Made by a program: the position numbers and the translations under genes
NCBI RefSeq assembly: GCF_009914755.1
Contig: NC_060925.1
Length of the DNA: 64,000 nt
DNA from: the human T2T-CHM13v2.0 reference genome, Homo sapiens
Strand: one strand, 5' to 3'
The notes under the pieces: model-generated
Seen by the model: only the letters and a program-made list of their open reading frames with translations
Told to the model about the DNA's origin: nothing
The model's database searches: none
In this document: piece after piece, positions 1 through 9,762 of the stretch
Position numbering within the stretch: the first letter of the stretch is position 1
How the letters are laid out: the number at the start of each line of letters is the position of its first letter

Positions 1-529
1 CTCCGGCACCATGTCTGCGTGTCCAGTGTGCTCTGCTGGAGCAGCACATTTTTGTACATTGCTGTATTTGAAAAAACCCTGCAAGAATCATGAAACTGGA
101 CGACCATCTTTATAACACTCCCAGTGATAAAACAAGTAAGAATGGCTGGTTTGTAGTCATCTGAGCAGCCTCTCTAGTTTCGTAGATATGGTTTCTCTCT
201 GATATCGAACGACTTCCAATGTCAAGCGGAATGCTACATCACAAGGATAACCGTATGTGAAAAGAACCAGTTTTCTTTGTAATCCTGAACTTTCTAGTTT
301 GCGCATTAAAAGACATTATTTGAAGAAGAGCGCACAGGCTCCAGCTGGCCGCCAAAGGGGTCCTTGGCATCACAGACTAAGAACCTACTTCTCTGGGAGA
401 GACCAGGGGCGTGGATGGGAGGGAAAAGAGGGAGAGGCAGGCGTCACTTCCTCCGCCGGCTCCCGCAGCGGGTTCATCGGCTGAGGTGGCAGAGGGTGGG
501 GCAGAAGAGCAGAGCCGGACCGGGAAAGG

Positions 530-750
530 TGCTGTCGGTGACATCACGGATAGGGCGATTCCTGTGTAGATGAGGCATCTCAGGGGCTGCTGCTTCGCCA
601 CGGAGGATTTCTCCTGCTGTGGGAGCAAGTCCAGGACCGCCGGTTGGACGTGATAGTCCCAGCTGTGTGTCAGGGCTAGGAGGGCTGGGGGTGGGGGTGG
701 GGGGCGGTGGGGGGTTGCGCGTGGGAAGTGACCGTGCGTGTAAGGGGTGA
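530..750 (+). promoter_or_regulatory. U1-type snRNA Pol II promoter (DSE with altered octamer, PSE)
   Basis: PSE 'aagtgaccgtgcgtgtaagg' at 726-745 (about -64); octamer-like 'gtgtagat' at 564-571 (the U1 promoter normally has ATGTAGAT); flanking 'gacatcacgga..agggcga' as in the human U1 promoter. Confidence 0.85.
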
Positions 751-789
751 GGCGTATGGAGCTGTGGCAGGGCGGAGGCGTATGATCTC

Positions 790-953
790 ATACTTACCTG
801 GCAGGGGAGATACGATGATCACGAAGGTGGTTTTCCCAGGGAGAGGCTTATCCATTGCACTCCGGATGTGCTGACCCCTGCCGTTTCCCCAAATGTGGGA
901 AACTCGACTGCATAATTTGTGGTAGTGGGGGACTGCGTTCGCGCTGTCCTCTG
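790..953 (+). ncRNA. RNVU1-1: Variant U1 snRNA, full length 164 nt
   Basis: ATACTTACCTG 5' end, 70K loop GATCACGAAG, U1A loop ATTGCAC and Sm site AATTTGTG all intact. Six substitutions vs canonical U1 (C25G, C53A, G93C, A94G, T157G, C161T). The U1-variant call is certain; the exact symbol is recalled, not verified. Confidence 0.95.
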
Positions 954-2599
954 AATTTTGTGCTGGAAAACGCAGATTGTATGTGAAGGGATACTTTTAG
1001 TAGTGCATAATATGGGTGGTGTCATGTTATTTTTACAGTTGGATGGCTGGGGAACAGAAGTGGCATGTCGTTGTCCTCGCTGGAGAAGGAACAAGCGTCA
1101 GCCGTTGTGAGCCTGTTTATCACAAGTTAACTAGCGCGAAGGCTGCATAGCTTTTCCCTTTGAACATAAGGCTGCTTATTGCAAAAATTGATCCATGGTC
1201 TCCAGTCTCTTGGGGTCTCACGCTCTGTGAAAATCTTCGTGTTTTCCCCTAGGCCCCTGTCACCTTTTACACAGCCTCTGTTTCAGGATTTCTGTGCTAG
1301 CGAGGAATCAGTTCTCACCTCATAGAGCCAGGTGGAAACTACGCAGACAGGCACTCTTCTTTGGGATGAAAGCAGGGCCTTTGGGGCTCTTAGTGTCCCC
1401 GTTCGGTTGTAGACATAACACGCTTGCTTTGTGTAGGAGAACGGCTCTGCCAGCGCCCAGGTGTCCTAACGCAATTCATCGAGGCCCGCAGGTCAGAACC
1501 GCAGTCTCACTTGTCTTGGCGGAAATGCGCTGCGATCCTCCCTGCACTACATGAACACGAGAATTCCACTACAGAAGAAAACCCCAGTCCTAGTGATGGC
1601 GGTTCTGGGCATTTTGCCAGCCTCTCCCAGGGTGTGTTTTCTGACCCCACCCACTTCTGATCTGTAATGTCCTGGTCAATAGAAACTACCTGGCCCAAAC
1701 GGAAAAGGCAAGGAGGAACACAGCGGGAAAGCCTATGGCGTTCCCTGGTGGCTACCCCGGGGACTGCACTCATAGATCCGCGTGTTCCGAGAAGCCTCTG
1801 CCATCCCGACTAGGGTGCGGTGCAGAAACCCGCGGCTCCAAAGAAAACCGGCTAGAACGCACAGGAAGCCCAGCCAGTGTTCAGGACACTGCGAGTGGAA
1901 GCCATACGTCCTACGGACTGATCTAGTTTGATGAAGACGAGCCATTTACTTCTAACCCCAGCAGCGGACATTGCCTTGCTCAAATATAAAATATATGAAC
2001 CAAGACGAAAGCAACTTTCATTGCGTTACTAATGAGCAAACGGGTTTTTAGAATGGTTAAGAAATGTCCCTTGTTTTGGGACCGTCATCACTAACGTATG
2101 CTTGGGATTCCTGATCGAGGAGTTTCTGAGCAAAGCAGCCCACCAATCCAGTGGCTGAGAACGGCTTGGATATTGGCTTCCAGGCGCATCAGAAATACCG
2201 AGGTTCTGACAAAGACGTGAGCTTCTGTCTGCCTTTGGGAAGGCCTTCTTCCAGTACTGGCGCTGCCGCTTGCCTTCTGTTTGACCTGGGGCCAGGTCCT
2301 TCAATTTGCTAGGCTTCAAGTTGGAAAGTGTTACAGGAAAATAATAAGACGAAGTACTTCTTAGAGTTATTGCACAGATTACAGAAGATAGTCTAATAGT
2401 ACAGCTAGCATCCTGTATGGCTTACATTAAAGATTTGCTGATAGGAAACAACATCCCAGATAAAGTTTTTTCCCCCTTAATTATGAAATATAACAAAGGA
2501 AATTGTGTAGGCTTCTGCTTCAGGCCTCTGTAAAATTTGAATGAATTTTGCACTTATGAAGATTACGTCCTTTTACAAAATAAGTTAATACTAAAGAAT

Positions 2600-3030
2600 G
2601 ACAAACGGAATTTACAAAACAAATATTAACAAAAAGAACTTGTTCTTAGCAGCTTTGTTTACAATAGTCCCCAAACTGGAAACAGTTCATATGTATCAAG
2701 AGGTTAATGGACCTTTTGTGATATATTCATCCAATGGAATACCACCCTCAGTAAGATGGGACAAATTATGGAAACATGAGATAACATGGGTGAATCTCAA
2801 AAGAGTGCATTCTGTGTGGTGCCATCAAGGTGAATTTCTGGAACAGGTGAAACTAACCTGTATAGTGGCAGAAAATACATCATTAATTGCTGGGGTCAGG
2901 GAGTCGAGGGGACTGACTGCAAAGGGCACAAGAGGACCTTCTGGAGTAGTAGACATGTCATCAAACTTGAAATGGATGTATTGTACCATATTCAACCAAT
3001 GCCTTAATCAATTTGATTGTAAAAAGTAGT
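2600..3030 (+). mobile_element. Old L1M 3'-end fragment
   Basis: 'ttcttagcagctttgtttacaatagtccccaaactggaaaca...atggaatacc' is typical of L1M 3' ends. Confidence 0.6.
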
Positions 3031-3045
3031 AAGAAAACCACTGCA

Positions 3046-3380
3046 GGCCAGACGTGGTGGCTCATGCCTGTAATCCTTGCACTTTGGGAGGCTGAGGCAG
3101 GCGGATCACCTGAGGTCAGGAGTTTGAAACCAGCCTGGCCAACATGGAGAAACCCCATCTCTACTAAAAATACAAAAAAAAATTAGCTGGGTGTGATGTA
3201 GACGCCTGTAATCCCAGCTACTCAGGAGGCTGAGGCAGGAGAATCTCTTGAACCTGGGAGTGGAGGTTGTAGCATGTGGAGATCGCGCCACTACACTCCA
3301 GCCTGGGTGACAGAGCAAGTGATGCTGCTCTAAAAAAAAAAAAAAAGAAAAAGAAAAAGAAAACAAAAGAAAAAGAAAAA
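3046..3380 (+). mobile_element. AluS
   Basis: Full dimer with A-rich tail; left TSD 'aagaaaaccactgca' 3031-3045; empty site in copy 2 at ~29632-29650. Confidence 0.95.
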
Positions 3381-3723
<343 letters not shown>

Positions 3724-3867
3724 TTAATTTAACTTATGTTTAGCTTTAGAGGATTCCTTTAGAAAAGCGTCTCTCTAAATGTGATTGAGAGTTCAGGAAT
3801 TCCTTCGTTTCTGTTTCTGTCTCTTTGTCTTCAGTTAAATTCATGCACCATTAAATGGAATATTTGT

Positions 3868-4232
3868 TTTTTGTTTTTTGTTTTTTGTTTTTTCGTTTTT
3901 GTTTTTTGTTTTTTCGTTTTTGCTTTTGTTTTTTTTTTTTTTTTTTTTTTTGAGACGGAGTCTCGCTCTGTTGCCCAGGCTGGAGTGCAGCGGCGCCATC
4001 TCGGCTTACTGCAAGCTCCGCCTCCCGGGTTCACGCCATTCTCTCTCCTCAGCCTTCTGAGTAGCTGGAACAACAGGCGCACGCCACCGCGCCCGGCTAA
4101 TTTTTTGTATTTTTAGTAGAGATGAGGTTTCACTGTGTTACCCAGGATGGTCTCGATCTCCTGACCTCGTGATCCACCCGCCTTGGCTTCCCGAAGTGCT
4201 GGGATTACATGCGTGAGCCACCGCGCCGGACC
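3868..4232 (-). mobile_element. AluY-like element with long T-rich tail
   Basis: 'gcaagctccgcctcccgggttcacgccattct' diagnostic; TSD 'aaatggaatatttgt' at 3853-3867 and 4234-4248; empty site in copy 2 at ~29794. Confidence 0.93.
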
Positions 4233-4286
4233 CAAATGGAATATTTGTAAAATAAAAATAGAGTCTAAGCTCAATATTAGAAAAGC

Positions 4287-4462
4287 ATATATATATATAT
4301 ACATATATATATGTATATATATATATGTATATGTATATATATAATATTTAGCTCCTATATATATGTATATATATAATAGATAGCTCCTATATATGTATCT
4401 ATATAATAGCTCCTATATATATGTATATATATAATATATAGCTCATATATATATATATATAT
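4287..4462. repeat. (TA)n microsatellite with recurring 'tagctcc' units
   Basis: Direct reading. Confidence 0.9.
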
Positions 4463-5108
4463 TTATTGTTCTGTTTTTTCTTTTGCAGGGGCGTTGGGGG
4501 GACAGTCTAGCTAAAATATACATTCTTCTCTCTGTAGATATACCAGAAGAACATGATTCAATCAGTGTTGCCCTAATGTTAACAAAAGTTATTTTGAACT
4601 TATGGTGATCAGAAATTTTACATATCTGTACTTTTTCTGTATTAGTGTTATGGTTTATGCTAAGCATGTATAATTTAAAAAAAATGAGAGTAACTTTAAA
4701 ATGATTTGGAAGAAAAATATGTACATATGTGAACAGTACTTAATTCCAGGTGGTGGGAATATGGATGACTGGTTATCTTCTTCTTTCTGTATCTTTCATA
4801 TTTTTAAATGGAAAAACTCAATGACCTGGAAGTGAAAGAACAGATTTGGAAGGGGTGTGGGGCAAGTGAGAGGAAAATGCAAGAGAAGGACAAACCTAGT
4901 TCTGGCAGGATTGTGTTTAAGTTGGAGGTTTCTAGGGAGCAGTTGTTGGGATAAGAAGGATATGGGGAGGCAGGAGAATCATGAAAATATTTAGGACAGT
5001 GTGTTGCCTGTCATATTATTCCTCCTCCTTTCCTGTTTCTTCAAAAGAAATATACAGACTTACACTTCTTTTCAAGCATATGTACTATTTGTGTTTCTCT
5101 TTTATTAA

Positions 5109-5975
5109 TGTAACTGGTGAGTTTATCTTGCTGGTTGCCCAGAAAAGCCAATGGAGCTGAGAAAAGCAGGCTTCCTGCAATAGAGAAAGAATCTAATAAA
5201 TGCAGAGACAGCTAAGTGACCAGGACAGAGGTTTATTATTACTCAAATCTGTCTCCCCCCAAATTCAGAGGACACTTTTTTTTTTTTTTTTTTTTAGGAT
5301 AGTTTGGCAGGCAAGGGGCTAGGGAATGGGGAAAGCTGATTGGTTGGGTTGGGGATAAAAATCACAGGGAGTCAGAGCTTGTCTTCCTGCACTGAGTCAG
5401 TCCCTGAGTGGGGGCCACAGGACCAGATGAGCCAGTTTACCGGTCTGGGTGTGCCAGCTAGTCCATCATAAGGCAGGGTCTGAAAAATACCTTGAACACC
5501 AATCTTAGGTTTGACACTAATGATGTTATCTATAGGCACAATTGGGGAGCTTAGGAATCTTGTGGCTTCTGGCTTCATAGCTCCTGAGCCATAATTTCCA
5601 ATCTCGTGCCTAATTTGTTAACTTTGCTAAGGAGGTCTGATCCCCAAGAAAGGAAGAGGTTTGTCTCGGGAAAGGGCTATCATCTTTGTTTCACACTTAG
5701 ACTTGGAACTAAACTCCTCTCATATTTAGCCTGGCTTATGTCCAGGAATGGACAAGGGAAGCTTGGAGGTTGGAAGCAAGATGCAGTGCTCAGGGTCACT
5801 TAGCCAGGGAAGGAGGATGTGAAAGCAAGAATTTGAAGTGAAGGCAGCCTAGCTCCAGAAGACATTCTCAGAACCACTGTGTTTATATTGCTCCTAATGA
5901 AAGTGCCCTGGAAAAAATTATGACAGTGAGAAAAACTTGACATAGAAAAAGTATGACAGTGAAAGAAATCTGACC
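5109..5975 (-). mobile_element. LTR8-family (ERV1) LTR whose 5' end is flipped by a micro-inversion
   Basis: Homologous to 30639-31420 and, reverse-complemented, to the LTR8 at 26479; the terminal part lies on the + strand at ~5898-5975. Confidence 0.75.
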
Positions 5976-6215
5976 AGAGTGACCCTGGGCAGGTAACTTA
6001 ACATCTCTGCATCTCAGTTGTCTCATATGGAAGATAAAGATGATGGTGTGACCTTGGCCTGTGGTAAAGACTAAATAAGTAATTATGCACACTCATTGTC
6101 TGTGCCTGACATGTGGCACTTGGCATGTCAGGCACAGTTGATGAGTGTTCATATGTTACTTATTTGCATGTTAGCTCTTGTATTATGCCTGCAACACTGC
6201 ACAAAGAGCAGATGT

Positions 6216-6512
6216 GACCAGGTGCAAGGGCTCATGCCTATAATCCCAGCACTTTGGGAGGTCGAGTGGGCAGAGCACCTGAGGACAGCAGTTCGAGACT
6301 AGCCTGGCCCTCATGGAGAAACTCCATCTCTACTAAAAATACAAAAATTAGCCTGGCATGGCAGTGCACCTGTAATCCCAATTGCTTGGGAGGCTGAGGC
6401 AGAAGAATCACTTGAACCCAGGAGGCAGAGGTTGCAGTGAGCTGCGATTGTGCCACTGCAGTCTAGCCCGGGTGATAGAGTGAGACTCCATCTCCAAAAA
6501 AATAAATAAACC
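6216..6512 (+). mobile_element. AluS
   Basis: Dimer; TSD 'aaagagcagat(g/a)t'; empty site in copy 2 at ~31749. Confidence 0.92.
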
Positions 6513-6849
6513 AAAAGAGCAGATATGATGACAATTTGTTGTATTGAAGTTACAGCAGTGATACTTTCCAGTGGCTGTGCACCCTCCCAGGGAAACTGCA
6601 GCAATCTTCTCACCAGCAGTAATCTCCTGGGCTGGGAGGTCCCAGGAAGGCCCCTCAATCTCCAGCAGGTTTGACCCTCAAGGAGATTCAGGGAATGAGC
6701 TAGAGAAGTATTTCTATCTGGGAGGAACTGGGGGTTTGTTAGCTCATCTGTTCAGTTCATCCAAAGGGGAATAATGATTCAATTTCTTGCTTCAAACCTG
6801 CCTCAATAAAATTTTTACAGTTTTACAGTGGAAGACATTTTGTACATGT

Positions 6850-7370
6850 AAGGGAGGAAATATGACTCTTCCTCACCCAGCCTAGGTTCACTGCTGAGAA
6901 CCTTATAGCAAAAGACAGACTAACAAGAGAAGAGCATATCTAGTTATTTAATGTAAGTTTTACATGATAGAAGAAGAGCCTTCCTAAAGAAATGAAGACC
7001 TGAAGAAACAGCTAAACTTCAAGTTGTTTTTTTTTAACGGTATGTTTGATGACTAGTGGATAGTCATAGAGAAGTGAGATATGATGAAAGGAGTATGATC
7101 TAATGGTAATAAACTGGGGGAAATGTAGCCAGGCCTGTGTGCTCAGACTCTGTGTCGCTGTGTCTTCAGACACAGCAATGCATCTTTCCTCTGGGTACAG
7201 AGAGAGCACCTCTCACATGAGAGCCTTATGATCTGCTTTGGGGAAGAAGGGCAGGGGGAGGGTGACAGTGACCTTCCTGCTTTTGTTGTTTTCTCAAATT
7301 CCTTTAGCATAAAATATTCAATACCCCAAGGTGTTATATTTTGGAGTAGTGTGTCCTGAACCTCACCATA
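6850..7370. mobile_element. Old ERV LTR-like fragment (paralog ~32080-32615)
   Basis: LTR-like composition ending 'ttttggagtagtgtgtcctgaacctcacca'; family not determined. Confidence 0.4.
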
Positions 7371-7447
7371 TACATGCTACAAAACTCAGAATCTTTGAAG
7401 AGTGATACTTATGACTATAAAATATTTAAATTCAAAATACAAATGAT

Positions 7448-7632
7448 GGCTGGGCATGGAGGCCAGCACGTAATCCCAGCAATTTGGGAGGCCCAGGCAG
7501 GCAGATCACTTGAGTCCAGGAGTTCGAGACCAGCCTGGCCAACATGGCAAAACCCCTGTCTCTACAAAATTAGCTAGGCACCGTGTTGTACACCTGTGGT
7601 CCCAGCTACTTGAGGAGGACGGGCTGAGGATC
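7448..7632 (+). mobile_element. Truncated old Alu (AluJ-like), shared with copy 2 (~32689-32900)
   Basis: Left arm plus start of right arm, truncated at the same point in both copies. Confidence 0.8.
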
Positions 7633-7674
7633 AATTTAAACAATATCATATGTAAAAACAATTTTTTTTCCTTT

Positions 7675-7753
7675 AAGTTTAGTCAAGTGAAGCAGTGGGA
7701 GTGGAGAAGGAACAAAGAAATCTGTAGCTAGTTGTGATAATTGGTTGTAAACA
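7675..7753 (-). pseudogene. Y3 RNA retropseudogene, 5'-truncated
   Basis: Reverse complement 'tgtttacaaccaattatcacaactagctacagatttctttgttccttctccactcccactgcttcacttgact' matches hY3; A-rich tail follows on the minus strand. Confidence 0.92.
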
Positions 7754-7767
7754 GGAAGGATTTTTGA

Positions 7768-8206
<439 letters not shown>

Positions 8207-9396
8207 GGATAACAATTTTCAATGCATGCAGTCAACCTCTACATATTGTTGCTCTTTGACTGCCCAGTTTTCCATCCTAGGCCCTGCAGTCCAGCCTGCA
8301 AGGGGAAATGGAATTTGTGTGTTTTCCTTCCTATCAGTCCACTCCAAGGAGCCAACAAGGCACCTCTCTCCCGTCTCCCACCCCACACCTCCGCACGCCC
8401 TCCAAACTGAGCCCCTCAAAGACTGCGGTGTTTTTCAGTCCTTCGTAACCGCTGAAAATTTTCATATTTGCAAAATATGAAAATCAGAGCGATGGTCCTG
8501 AGCGTCTGGCGGGACATCTTAGCTTGCTCTCAAGACCCACCATAAGCCGCATCCAAAGTGTTCCGCCAAGCAGAAGAAAAGATTTTTCATCTGTCGCGTC
8601 CTAAGGCATCTTCTCCTTGGGGCAAGGTACTGGCAGGAAGAGGGGGAGCCCCCACCGTCCCGCACTCATCCCTCCGAGCTGCTCAGGCTCCTCTTACCCG
8701 TGGTGCTGCGGGAGACCGGCCCGGCGACCGAAGGTCAGAACCCGCGCTCCCGGCCCGGGCGCTTGAAGAGGCCGCCGCGCGGATTTCTCTTTACGGTTGA
8801 AATTTTGGGACGAAAGAATGAGATTTCCTGGAGTCGGGTTCCAAAGCTTAGTGAAACAGCGACTTTTAGGTCCCGCAATAGAGACGTAGGAGCTAGAAAT
8901 TAGGCATGGAAATCTGAATATGAAGAACAGAGTAAATTAACATTCGGAAGAGGATGGGCCATCCGAATAAAACAGTGTTACTTCTAAGTTAGGTCTCAAA
9001 CCATCTACCCTAAACTGAGACATAATCACCAATGACTGAGCTAACCCCATCAAAATTTCTCACGTCACCGTTTACTTACCAAAAAGACAATGGATGCGAT
9101 TACGAGATTTCCCGAGTGAAAGGAATCTCGGGGTCTAGCACTGAGGGGCCGCAGCCCTTTTAGTGTAGGAAACCTATCACCCCGAGGCCCAGGGTCGCCC
9201 TGAGAGGGGATGGGGACTTGTTCGGTTGCTGGGACGCTGGCTGCGGGGTCCGGGCCTCCGATTGCAGGGGGCCGGGAGGCTCGCCCAGGACTGGGACCAG
9301 GATTGGTGACTCCGATGGGATGTTTGGGCAATTTCCCTGTGGAGCAGGCCACTGCAAGAAGCCGGTTTCTGGGACCCAGACCACTGAGGAGGAAAA

Positions 9397-9510
9397 GGGA
9401 GAGGAGGAGGGACATCGTAGGGGACGCATTGCGAGGCCGGAGCAGGAGGGACACGGGAGAGGAGGAGGGACATTGCAGGGGACGCATTGCGAGGCCGGAG
9501 CAGGAGGGAC
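9397..9510 (+). repeat. Two-copy 58-bp tandem duplication
   Basis: 'gggagaggaggagggacat.g.aggggacgcattgcgaggccggagcaggagggac' starts at 9397 and 9455. Confidence 0.92.
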
Positions 9511-9690
9511 TAGGGGATTTGCAGCAGCAGAGCTTCCTTCCCCGGGACCCAAACCTTCCTTTCTCTTCTTTAACCCAGGACTTGGTACGAAGGGCAAATG
9601 TAAACCACATCCCTTTCACTCTGTCTTTGAGGGTGGAGTTTGCTTCCCAAAGTGGCTTCTGGCTCCAGAGTAAAAGGCCAGCAGACACCA

Positions 9691-9762
9691 AGGTACCACC
9701 GAGATTTGAACTCGGATCGCTTGATTCAGAGTCCAGGGTGCTCACCATTAACCCATGGAACC
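9691..9762 (-). tRNA. tRNA-Gln(CTG)-like gene, probable pseudogene
   Basis: GGTTCCATGGGTTAATGGTGAGCACCCTGGACTCTGAATCAAGCGATCCGAGTTCAAATCTCGGTGGTACCT: D-stem, anticodon-stem and acceptor-stem mismatches; B box intact; T4 terminator ~15 nt downstream. Confidence 0.9.
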
